In this document: piece after piece, positions 1-8,318 of the stretch | How positions within the stretch are numbered: the first letter of the stretch is position 1 | Layout of the letters: every line of letters begins with the position of its first letter | Assembly: GCA_964473825.1 (NCBI GenBank) | Contig: CAYYQL010000042.1 | Location: 1 to 20,580, forward strand | Origin: an uncultured archaeon | Lineage (GTDB): Archaea; Asgardarchaeota; Thorarchaeia; Thorarchaeales; Thorarchaeaceae | Direction of reading: 5' to 3' | DNA: 20,580 nt | The notes under the pieces: model-generated | The model's input: only the letters and a program-made list of their open reading frames with translations | Told to the model about the DNA's origin: nothing | The model's database searches: none | Program-made: the position numbers and the translations under genes

Positions 1-150
1 TGCCCTCTCAAAGGTCTCGTCGAAGTCATCACCGCGAGGTCTCACACCACAGAGGCGGAGGATAGTCTCATCGAGGCGCTCGCCTGGAAGCCGCATCTTC
101 TCCAGCAACTGATAGACCTCTTCCGAGATCGAGATTGTCCGTGTGGTCAC
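1..150 (-). CDS. Archaeal VapB-type (DUF217-like, RHH) antitoxin, 3' end runs off the window
   Basis: Not in the ORF track. Manual translation from GTG at 150: MTTRTISISEEVYQLLEKMRLPGERLDETILRLCG..., matching the T-I-S-I-S-x-E-V-Y-x-x-L...GE...I-x-R-L pattern of archaeal VapB. TATA-like box upstream. Confidence 0.8.
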   Translation of the reverse strand, partial: MTTRTISISEEVYQLLEKMRLPGERLDETILRLCGVRPRGDDFDETFERA

Positions 151-185
151 TGAGGCCAGTCCTCAGTTTCTTATGGGCGCTGAGC

Positions 186-194
186 GATATAAAG
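186..194 (-). promoter_or_regulatory. Putative TATA box (CTTTATATC) of the vapB-like gene
   Basis: TTTATA on the minus strand about 40 nt upstream of GTG 150. Confidence 0.5.
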
Positions 195-536
195 ATGCAT
201 ATGAAACTTGGCGGTCATCGTCGCGCGCATTCGAAGGGGCTCGTTGGAATATCGCTCAGACCCGGTTCGCACTCGGTCCTGTTTGACTATGCTAGAAGAA
301 GAAGGCGGCTATACAAGACACAGAGGGGTGCTAGTAGTTGCCCGAAAAGATGGACAAAGCTGGCCATCTCTTGGACAATCCCGTGAGCCACTGTTGTGGC
401 CCTTCAGACACTACCACCGGAAGCAGGGCTCTGAGGTTGTCCTGACACATAACTGACCTCACCGCGTCCACCCACTGCCGTTCCCTTGGAGTACTTGACT
501 CTGGTGCCCAAGATTGTACAGCTCGCTATGAACGGC

Positions 537-1106
537 TTACTTTCCGGAGACCACGTAATGGTCCACGACGCGGAATCTTGATGGTTCATCTCGGGGAACT
601 GGTTCGATCCTCCAGAAACGGGACTCGTACAGGAAGTAGAGGAAACGTGAGATGAAGAGGCCTAGGCCGGGGCCGTAGAGCAGCAGTATCCAATCCAATG
701 CCTGCACGGCCCCCTGCGCAAACCATAGAATGAAACCGATAAGTCCGGGAATCACGAAGTAAGGAGGACTGAGCACAAGGAGCATTCTGCTGGGACGAAT
801 GGGCATCGCCCCTCTCCTGCGAAGGTCCCTGTGGAACTGGTGGAGAAGGAGGATGCCAACTGGAAAGAGACAGAGAGCAGAACCTACGTAAAGAATAGCA
901 GCCTCTGTGGCGCTCAGCTGAAGGGCCACATCGTAGGAACCCGCAGGACTCAGCAGTGGAGCTGGGTCCAGGATGAAACGCTTGGTCCCCAGAACACTCA
1001 ACATGATATCTGTTGCAGTCAGAGGAATGAAGGGCAGAGAGAACATGTAGTTGCCCGTTATCGGTTCGATCACATCTGCAGGGGTCTTGTTCTGCGTCTG
1101 CATCAT
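537..1106 (-). CDS. Hypothetical membrane protein (about 3-4 TM segments)
   Basis: ORF 537..1112 with several hydrophobic segments. GAGGAG lies 5 nt before ATG 1106, favouring that start. Confidence 0.7.
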   Translation of the reverse strand: MMQTQNKTPADVIEPITGNYMFSLPFIPLTATDIMLSVLGTKRFILDPAPLLSPAGSYDVALQLSATEAAILYVGSALCLFPVGILLLHQFHRDLRRRGAMPIRPSRMLLVLSPPYFVIPGLIGFILWFAQGAVQALDWILLLYGPGLGLFISRFLYFLYESRFWRIEPVPRDEPSRFRVVDHYVVSGK

Positions 1107-1446
1107 TCTCACTCCTCAAACAACAAAGGTCCAGAACCTGATTGGTCGGCAATCTGAGAGGCTGGCATCGAAGCCACAAGCTCCCTCAAGACACATGAGA
1201 GAACGAACAGCACAACAGACCTTCTTGATTCTCGAATAGCCTTCACCAACTACCGCCACCCACTGATATGGTCATTCCTTCTATATCAATACTCCGAATC
1301 AATGGCCTCCGTTCACTGCCTACGAGGGATTTATGCTATGGGACAGAGAACGTTGGGCTTTGGACAAGCGGGATTCGGGACGGCAGAATACGCAGAAGGT
1401 GGTTGATGGATCAAGAGAGTGACCCTCATGCCCTCAGATGATGAAC

Positions 1447-2625
1447 TCACCACGCTATGGCCGTGGAAACCACCGCCCTGCATATCTTCGTGAGAAAATC
1501 AAAATCGAGCTTATCGATTGTGTCGGCTCTGGTGTGATAGAACGGATACCTGAACATGGCTGAGTCGGTCAAGAGTAACGCAGGAATGTTCTCTCTCCAG
1601 AATGGAGCATGATCAGACAATAAGAGTGGCCTCATCATATAGGCGGCCTGCTTATAGCTGAACTCCTCCTGAAGGCACGCATAAGGGAGCTCTATGGACT
1701 CCAACTCGCACTGCGTGCAGAATGCATCGGCCAAGCTCTCAGAGTTCTGGTCGCCAATGACAAAGAGAGAGTCGCCCACAGTCAATGTCTCGTCGGTCTT
1801 GAAGATCTTGAACATATCAGGTTCAAGGCCCTCGGGAAACTGCTGCGAGTGTTTCTTGCTGGAGGTATAGCCCATGGTTTCCAGACAGAGAACACCCCGC
1901 ACCGTGATTCCTCTCTGTCCTGCATCTCTGACCCATGAGTCACTCCCGACTAGCCCTGTTCTTCCCGGCCAGTTGGAAGTAGAGATATTGCCGCTCATCT
2001 CCTTGATGCCCTCGATGTATCGCAATTCACCCGAAGATAGCTCATCCTTCATGTCCCGAAGTGAAGCCTCAACGGCTTCGGCAAGGAGCGTGCCTCCTGA
2101 CCATTTCTCGTTGAGCATCTGGCTGAAACGCTGCATCCTCTCAGCGATGCCCCAAGATGTATAGCGGCCTGAGTCATCTCGGATTCCAGTCTCCCGGGCC
2201 AGCTCCTCTGCCTTATGACTGCGCGTGGGATTCATCTCCTCGAGATTGAAGCTAACGAAACGTATCGGTTGTGTCAGTTCTGCCTGTGCGATCACGCGGG
2301 CGGCCTCTAGCATGACGGCAATTGCACTGCCATTGTCATTGGCCCCAGGTGCGTGTCTGACCGTGTCGTAGTGCGAGGCAATGAGCAGCTCTGGCCCCTC
2401 AGGTGCCTCATTCCTGCCCTCAATGTTGCGAAAAGTGTAGTCGAATCCTTCCACGCTGAACTCATGGACGTCCAAAACCAAGCCATATCGCTCGAACTCC
2501 TCGCATATGTAATCGGCACATGCTTCCATCGCTTCAGGGCTGTGGAGAACGTTCTTCTCTCCCTCGGTTCGGAAAATATGGTCGTATATTCTCTCAACGT
2601 CAACCTGATTCACTAGCCCATTCAC
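1447..2625 (-). CDS. M28 family zinc peptidase
   Basis: Motifs SHYD, GANDNGSAIAVMLE, FNLEE, LETMGY, SDHAPF and YHTRADT. GAGGCGGAG RBS before the GTG. Confidence 0.9.
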   Translation of the reverse strand: MNGLVNQVDVERIYDHIFRTEGEKNVLHSPEAMEACADYICEEFERYGLVLDVHEFSVEGFDYTFRNIEGRNEAPEGPELLIASHYDTVRHAPGANDNGSAIAVMLEAARVIAQAELTQPIRFVSFNLEEMNPTRSHKAEELARETGIRDDSGRYTSWGIAERMQRFSQMLNEKWSGGTLLAEAVEASLRDMKDELSSGELRYIEGIKEMSGNISTSNWPGRTGLVGSDSWVRDAGQRGITVRGVLCLETMGYTSSKKHSQQFPEGLEPDMFKIFKTDETLTVGDSLFVIGDQNSESLADAFCTQCELESIELPYACLQEEFSYKQAAYMMRPLLLSDHAPFWRENIPALLLTDSAMFRYPFYHTRADTIDKLDFDFLTKICRAVVSTAIAW

Positions 2626-2659
2626 AATCTCCGCCTCAACAAGGGAGAGGGGCCGGGGC

Positions 2660-2667
2660 GATATAAG
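2660..2667 (-). promoter_or_regulatory. Putative TATA box for the M28 gene
   Basis: CTTATATC on the minus strand about 35-40 nt upstream of the start. Similar TTATAT boxes lie at 4358-4364 and 7832-7838, upstream of other cargo genes. Confidence 0.45.
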
Positions 2668-2686
2668 TCTCGTTAGACAGGTTCCT

Positions 2687-2911
2687 GTGGCGTCGGCGCC
2701 ATGTCTCCTAACACATTATCTCAACCACCGAAGGCTGAGAAAATCGTCCGAGGACGACCACAGATACGGAACAGCAGAATTCTCTGTGCTGGACTCTGTC
2801 GATGAAGTAATTGAGATCCTCGAATCCTATGTGGACATATGGCATGAGAGCTCTGCAGAGAAATTGCTGAGAAAGGCTCGACGATTGAGAAAGAAGACTG
2901 AGAAGACCTAG
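2687..2911 (+). pseudogene. 3'-end remnant of unknown gene X (at element copy 1)
   Basis: ...SVLDSVDEVIEILESYVDIWHESSAEKLLRKARRLRKKTEKT*, homologous to the remnants ending at 5918, 8007 and 11961. TAG abuts the repeat element. Confidence 0.7.
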
Positions 2912-2972
2912 TTTCCACTCGGCCTGTTTGATAATGCAATAAGAATAGGGTGGCTCGACAAGACGCAAAGGG
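2912..2972 (+). repeat. ~60-bp conserved element, copy 1
   Basis: TTTCCACTCGGCCTGTTTGATAATGCAATAAGAATAGGGTGGCTCGACAAGACGCAAAGGG. Confidence 0.9.
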
Positions 2973-2990
2973 CAGAGTCCCCTTTGTTTT
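2966..2990 (+). terminator. Possible terminator hairpin overlapping the end of copy 1
   Basis: CAAAGGG(2966-2972)-7 nt-CCCTTTG(2980-2986) followed by TTTT. Confidence 0.35.
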
Positions 2991-3193
2991 GATCATCCTT
3001 TATTGCTCAAGCTAGGGTTTTATGTTGGTTCGTCTTGTGGGGACTTTTCACACATTGGTTCAGATATGTGTGTATTCACGACAGGATGTTGAATCAAGTA
3101 TGTTTATATTGTACTGCAACACAGTACTGCATGTGGGGTATTCTTCACAAGGAGTATCACATAACTGTCCACCATTAGTTTCATAATTAATAG

Positions 3194-4333
3194 TCATACA
3201 CCCACTTTTTTTCTCAGTTCTTTAACTTTGTAGACTTCCACATCAAACCCATTTTCGAAGACTTCACAGATTCTCTTTGCATTGTGGCCCATATATACAA
3301 GAACGTCCCCATCTCCCACTAGCATACGGTCTTCTGGGCTATAGAACTTGACACAGCCTCCCTTAGAATTCGCGTACTTGACACAGGCATGATAGGGTTC
3401 CACACCCTGTCTGAATTCAGGTTTCTTCTTCATCAGTGCCTCTACTATGGCATCATCATTGGGCTCACCGAATACCTGTACCTCTTTGGCGAGAGTATCA
3501 ATCAACAGGAAGACAATGGGTCGTGCGATATAGGGAGATGTATCGACAAGCTGCGTATGGTTCCAACGATATTTTGAAAGGAGATTATCATCGAGAAACC
3601 TAACCTCGGTTTCGAAGTCATAATCCGCCCAGATTGCCTCCAAGTTTGAGGGTTCGAGTTTTCTTAGCTCGTGCTCATCTTGCGAGTATAGCTTGGCATT
3701 AGTCAAGAAGGCAAGATTATCAGCCAATGAAACGACCTCATTGCACTCATCCCCTCGGATATAGATTTTTGGAGTGCACCGGGAGAGGAGCTCGCTCCAT
3801 GCTCTGGTTTCTTTGCTCGCGAAATTGTCCAGCATTACAGTTGATTCCATCGGTTCGTCGTTGCGCATTCTCTCCCTTGAGTAACTCCATGCAGCCAAAT
3901 ATGAGAACATAGGTTCCAGAGTTCGTAGAAACTCTTGAGTAGCGATTCTTTCAGTGGAGCACCGATAACCCCCGACTTCTACGTGGGGGATTCTGGACGG
4001 GGGGAGGATAACATAGGAGATGAATATCTTGGAGATGTGGGACTCGAGATCTTGCACTAATTGATCAACAAACGGAATCGCCCTCCTCATTCCAAGAAGC
4101 CTCTTGAGATTTGTTGAGTCGCAACACGTAAGACAATCCTCTATGCCAAATGAATCAAACAGTCTTCCAACTGCGTCATGATACTGGCTAGTAAAAGATG
4201 ACACGTTCTCAACTCGTACGCCCACTCCGAGTGGGGTATAGAATTCTGAATAGGACGGAGTCTGATCATCCCTCCTTTTTCCTCTTGTGAAGCTCTTGGC
4301 ATCAAAAGCAAGCACGGTTTCGTCCATAGCCAC
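3194..4333 (-). CDS. Hypothetical protein, possibly RNase H-fold (DUF3800-like)
   Basis: Intact 379-aa ORF with acidic motifs VLAFDAK, VMLDNF and RGDECNEVVSLADNLA. The ORF is well supported; the fold is inference. Confidence 0.6.
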   Translation of the reverse strand: MAMDETVLAFDAKSFTRGKRRDDQTPSYSEFYTPLGVGVRVENVSSFTSQYHDAVGRLFDSFGIEDCLTCCDSTNLKRLLGMRRAIPFVDQLVQDLESHISKIFISYVILPPSRIPHVEVGGYRCSTERIATQEFLRTLEPMFSYLAAWSYSRERMRNDEPMESTVMLDNFASKETRAWSELLSRCTPKIYIRGDECNEVVSLADNLAFLTNAKLYSQDEHELRKLEPSNLEAIWADYDFETEVRFLDDNLLSKYRWNHTQLVDTSPYIARPIVFLLIDTLAKEVQVFGEPNDDAIVEALMKKKPEFRQGVEPYHACVKYANSKGGCVKFYSPEDRMLVGDGDVLVYMGHNAKRICEVFENGFDVEVYKVKELRKKVGV

Positions 4334-4467
4334 TCGTCAAGATATCCACATTTTGCCATATAAGCCCCTGCGTTTCAGATCCAGCTTCATTGGTCTAGAT
4401 AAGTCGGATTCCTGTGAGATTGCAGGATGTGTCCGTTTCTTGTAGCATTGAAGTCAATCACAGCAAA

Positions 4468-4528
4468 TTAACACCAATGTCGGATAACATTGTAATAAGA
4501 ATAGGGTGGCTCAACAAGACGCTAAGGG
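4468..4528 (+). repeat. ~60-bp conserved element, copy 2 (no gene X remnant)
   Basis: TTAACACCAATGTCGGATAACATTGTAATAAGAATAGGGTGGCTCAACAAGACGCTAAGGG. Confidence 0.85.
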
Positions 4529-4597
4529 AAATTCTCATCCAGCCTGTTCGCAGCCTCTCTTTTCGAGATACTCCAGAGCCCCCTATCATCCGGGACT

Positions 4598-5734
4598 CTA
4601 GGAGGTCTTCCTCATGTTTGATTCGGCCTCTGCTACAAGAGCATCCCACTCAGGTAGCGATCTTAGGCTATCGAAGTCCACGTTCTCCTTCATGCTTCCT
4701 ACATTGGACCATCCATGATCCAGTGCCATCCGAAGAAGCCCCAATGCCCGACTTATGTTGCCCAGGAGTGCATACGATCTTGCAGCCAAGGAGTAGACCC
4801 ATGCCTCGACCCCTCCTGTCTGGAGTGCCTCGTCAAAGATCTGTACGGCCGCCTCATGTTCCCCTCTTAGGAAGAATCTCAATCCAGCCTCAGCAATATG
4901 CATGGCCTCGACCCTATGACACTCGTATTGGAGATACCGCCGCTCAAGTTCGAAACCAACCTTCTCGGCCGTCTTCTGAGATGCCTCATTGTAGTCGTGC
5001 GTATGCCATCCAACTACTTCGAAACCCCTATCGAAGGCGAGGTCGATATTTGCAGCCGCTGTGACCGTGGCCAGTCCTCTTCTGCGGAACCGTTCAAGAG
5101 TCTGAATCCCAATCTCGCACTCATCTCCATGGACACAGTCTGCAAGACTATAGGATACAATACTGCTCTCATGAACGATACAGGTACCGAATCCGTGCTT
5201 CAGGTAGCTCTCTTTTGTTCCCCAGTTCATCTTGACCCAGAGTCTAAGATGGTCTGGAATCTCAAGAGCATCGTCTTCCAAGATATGCTCATCAAGTTGG
5301 TGAACACTAAAGCCCTCTGGTAGAAGGGGCCTCCAGTCCACTCTTACCTCTCTGCAGAGATAGTGCAATCTATTCACTTCGAGAGGGGGCCTGAGGGAGA
5401 ATATATCAGGAAAGCTTGAGATCCAGTCATCGCTGCTGATATCAAAGAGAAGGACTGCTTCGCTCTCCCAGTCCGCGTTTCCATGGCGAAGGTAGTCCTC
5501 AAACCACTTCTTAAGCCATGTATTGAACTGCTTGTTGGTCGGTTCCCCGGCAAGGAAGAATCCCTCAGAATTCACCATCCATCCGCAGGTGGGGGCCATC
5601 TCATCGTCAACATAGAGCCATCCCGGGTTTGTCCCGTCCAACATCGATTCAACTACCAACTGGTAGTGCAGGGGCTCAAACAGGGGTCTAGCCCGTTCAT
5701 ACTGGTCTTTCGGCAGTCTAATTTTCGGCGTCAT
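4598..5734 (-). CDS. GNAT family N-acetyltransferase with C-terminal TPR-like helices
   Basis: GFGTCIVHESSIVS, EIGIQTLERFRRRGLA (acetyl-CoA motif A) and NEASQKTAEKVGF. C-terminus YSLAARSYALLG...ALDHGW...DFDSLR is TPR-like. Confidence 0.88.
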   Translation of the reverse strand: MTPKIRLPKDQYERARPLFEPLHYQLVVESMLDGTNPGWLYVDDEMAPTCGWMVNSEGFFLAGEPTNKQFNTWLKKWFEDYLRHGNADWESEAVLLFDISSDDWISSFPDIFSLRPPLEVNRLHYLCREVRVDWRPLLPEGFSVHQLDEHILEDDALEIPDHLRLWVKMNWGTKESYLKHGFGTCIVHESSIVSYSLADCVHGDECEIGIQTLERFRRRGLATVTAAANIDLAFDRGFEVVGWHTHDYNEASQKTAEKVGFELERRYLQYECHRVEAMHIAEAGLRFFLRGEHEAAVQIFDEALQTGGVEAWVYSLAARSYALLGNISRALGLLRMALDHGWSNVGSMKENVDFDSLRSLPEWDALVAEAESNMRKTS

Positions 5735-5822
5735 CTTCGCTCCTCAGGTTCGGTCCGGAAACTCCCCTCCTCAATCTAACTCTTGTGTAGACAGCAAGAA
5801 CTGGAACCATGGGGGATAGCAT

Positions 5823-5918
5823 ATCCATGAGTGATATGAGGATACATGACATGAGAGCTCTGCCGGAGAACTGCTGGACGAGGCTCGACAGCTGCGTGAG
5901 AGAATCAGAGAGACCTAG
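5823..5918 (+). pseudogene. 3'-end remnant of gene X (at copy 3), with in-frame stops
   Basis: IHE*YEDT*HESSAGELLDEARQLRERIRET*. TGA at 5832 and 5847; the second replaces the TGG (Trp) seen at copies 1 and 5. Confidence 0.75.
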
Positions 5919-5979
5919 TTCACACTAGGCTGTGTTGAATATGCAATAGAATAGGGTGGCTCGACAAGACGCTAGGGGG
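5919..5979 (+). repeat. ~60-bp conserved element, copy 3
   Basis: TTCACACTAGGCTGTGTTGAATATGCAATAGAATAGGGTGGCTCGACAAGACGCTAGGGGG, nearly identical to copy 5. Confidence 0.9.
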
Positions 5980-6272
5980 CCAGGAGCCCACACTGCAGCC
6001 GGTTTCAGTGGAGTTGACACAGACACATAGAGGGTCCCTTATGTGTAAGCAACTCGAATAGATGATGGTGCTTCTGATGAGTACGAGAGAGAGACTGACC
6101 ATGATCTCGTCGGTCTTGAGGAGGGTAAACAGGTCCAGAATCCAATTGAGCTTGCGCTTCATGGAAAGAAGTTCACAAAGGTCAGTCTGGATGAGATAGA
6201 GAGGGTGAGCGCTCAACAGCGCACGAGGATGAGGTTTTTTTTTTCTTTCATAACGCGGGGTAACCTCTCTCC

Positions 6273-7793
6273 TCAGCTGAAGATGGATGAAAACTTAGTC
6301 TGTAGATACTTCAGATATGGTTTGCACGACATCTCTTTGCCTGTGACTCTCTTCATGAGATCTGGCGCATCATAGAGTCGCCCCTTCTTGTGGATGTTTT
6401 CAGACATCCAACTGACAATATCGGAGATGTCACCATTGGCAATCTGGTCCCTCCAATCGGACATCTGCTTTGACATGGCCTCTGCTAACTGTGCCGAAAA
6501 TATTTTTCCTAGTACAAACATCGGAAAATAACCATAGTAACCACGTCCCCACTGCACGTCTTGCAGTGCACCTTCGCCGTCGTCATTCACTGTCACTCCA
6601 AGGTACTCCTCATAGAGCTCATTCCAGACGGATGGTATATCGGAGATCTCGATCTTGTTATCGAAGAGATCTTTCTCAATCTCAAATCGAATGATGATAT
6701 GAGAAGTATATGTTAACTCATCGGCGGTAACACGGATGGGGCTGGGTCGTACTCGGTTTACGGCTCTTGCAAACTCATCCGCACTTATGTCCTTGAACTG
6801 CCCGTCTGTGGTCTCGTTCAGAATAGGCAAGAAGTATCGGATGAACTCGGGCGACTTTCCAACCATGTTTTCAAGAAACCTTGACTGTGACTCATGGATT
6901 GAGAACCCTGGTGGGTTCCCCACGAGCTGATATTGCCATTCTCTATTTAGATTCAGATTATATTGTGCATGGCCAGATTCGTGAATGAAAGCAGAACAGG
7001 CTTGAAAGAAATTCTTCTCCTCGAATTGCAGCCCGATTCGTACGTCATCATATCTACCAAATACCATGCCAGGATGCACACACTCGGCTATATGCCCGAT
7101 AGCCTTCTCTGACTTGAGGTCATAACCTACAAATTCTGCAAGTCGCTCAATCAACTGAATTTGGGTGGCCTTCTCTACGGACCTATTTAGAAAGTCAGTG
7201 TTTTCCTCCTGCGAGATGTTGGCATATTTCTCAACCATAGAATTCAGAGGTGCTTTCAACTCATCAAAGACTTTAGTGATGTGTTCTGTCCTCATTCCCA
7301 TTTCGAAGTGGTCTATACAGACATCATATAGGTCAGATACACCCACAATGTCCTGAATACACTGGTTGTATTCGAGCATCAGGTCATACATCTTCTCGAA
7401 CTCAGGTTCAAAAATAGACCAGTCATTCTTGGCCAGGGCCTTCTCCCGTGCATTATTCGTTATAGTCCGCTGCCTACCCCATTGCCGAACCAAGTCTTCT
7501 GGAACCTGAGTGTCCATGTCATATTCTCTTCTCATGAGAAAGACGTTGCGTTTCTGAACCTTCGTCAGCGTTTTGCAAACTGATTTCTTCTCAACGGCAT
7601 CGAGAAGCCGACCGACCCCCTTGTCTGTTCCCATGCGGTGCCATAGGGATCCAAGGAGGACATTCTGTTCAGCTCTTTGTGACACAGCCCCCGGTGGCAA
7701 GAAGGTGTAGGTATCCCAACCCAGGGTCCCCATAACCGACTCAAGGATGGCGATCTCTCTATGCTTCTCAAGTAGTCTCTCATATGCCTCCAT
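6273..7793 (-). CDS. M32 family (Taq/Pfu-type) carboxypeptidase
   Basis: HESGH (HExxH), HESQS, IRVTADELTY..HIIIRFEIE, LQDVQW and GYFP. ATG 7793 preferred over the upstream TTG 7808. Confidence 0.92.
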   Translation of the reverse strand: MEAYERLLEKHREIAILESVMGTLGWDTYTFLPPGAVSQRAEQNVLLGSLWHRMGTDKGVGRLLDAVEKKSVCKTLTKVQKRNVFLMRREYDMDTQVPEDLVRQWGRQRTITNNAREKALAKNDWSIFEPEFEKMYDLMLEYNQCIQDIVGVSDLYDVCIDHFEMGMRTEHITKVFDELKAPLNSMVEKYANISQEENTDFLNRSVEKATQIQLIERLAEFVGYDLKSEKAIGHIAECVHPGMVFGRYDDVRIGLQFEEKNFFQACSAFIHESGHAQYNLNLNREWQYQLVGNPPGFSIHESQSRFLENMVGKSPEFIRYFLPILNETTDGQFKDISADEFARAVNRVRPSPIRVTADELTYTSHIIIRFEIEKDLFDNKIEISDIPSVWNELYEEYLGVTVNDDGEGALQDVQWGRGYYGYFPMFVLGKIFSAQLAEAMSKQMSDWRDQIANGDISDIVSWMSENIHKKGRLYDAPDLMKRVTGKEMSCKPYLKYLQTKFSSIFS

Positions 7794-7875
7794 CACCAAA
7801 CACTCCAAAGAGCAAAACGCTCGGCTATCTAGATATAACCATGTCTAATTAATGTGGCGGACCTCAATAGAATAG

Positions 7876-8007
7876 TATGATGTCGCTGGGCGCCTTGACG
7901 AAACTATCGAAATCTTAGTGAACTATGGCAAGGAACACAACGATAAGTCAGCTCTTGTTCGAGCGGATGAGGTCCGTGAATTGAAGAAATCGTACGAAGA
8001 TACCTAG
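7876..8007 (+). pseudogene. 3'-end remnant of gene X (at copy 4, most diverged)
   Basis: YDVAGRLDETIEILVNYGKEHNDKSALVRADEVRELKKSYEDT* aligns with DEVIEILESY...RRLRKKTEKT*, and ends with the same ACC TAG. Confidence 0.65.
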
Positions 8008-8070
8008 TGTCCACTCCTCTTGGATTGAGATGTGAAAATTGTTAGGTGCTCAACAGCGTGAGCGTAAGGG
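8008..8070 (+). repeat. ~60-bp conserved element, copy 4 (diverged)
   Basis: TGTCCACTCCTCTTGGATTGAGATGTGAAAATTGTTAGGTGCTCAACAGCGTGAGCGTAAGGG. Retains TCCACTC, TAGG-TG-CTCAACA and terminal AAGGG at similar spacing. Confidence 0.65.
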
Positions 8071-8318
8071 AGATCGAGGATAACGGGGATGACAGGGAGA
8101 AACTTGAGGTCAGACTGAACTCTCTCAGAGAGTTGCCGAACGAAACTCGGTCAGAGAAGGGGATGGGGCCTAAGCTCTCATCGAACTGGCACGGCGTGAC
8201 ATCGAAGATGGAACCGTCCCTTCAGCACGGGAACCCCCATTGCACCGACCTCCGTCAAGAACCCCAACTCAAACCATCTCTGTGAGAGAAAGCAGCATAG
8301 ATGACAGTCTGAATACCA

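Noticed and set aside
135-589. Short ORFs 135..386, 208..456 and 404..589
   Set aside because: No recognisable motifs or RBS, and they overlap one another and the vapB promoter.
2672-2745. RQVPVASAPCLLTHYLNHRR resembling a tyrosine-integrase R.VP...L..YL segment
   Set aside because: No downstream HxxR or catalytic Tyr motif before the stop, so gene X cannot be called an integrase on this evidence.
5920-6216. Minus-strand ORFs 5920..6216, 11717..12082, 4458..4649 and 2708..2968, some sharing LSSHPIL-like peptides
   Set aside because: The similarity is just the antisense translation of the DNA repeat. Frames and lengths are inconsistent between copies.
6057-6252. Plus-strand peptide VGLEEGKQVQNPIELAL, vaguely like a phosphofructokinase C-terminus
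   Set aside because: No start codon and the similarity is too short to support without a search.
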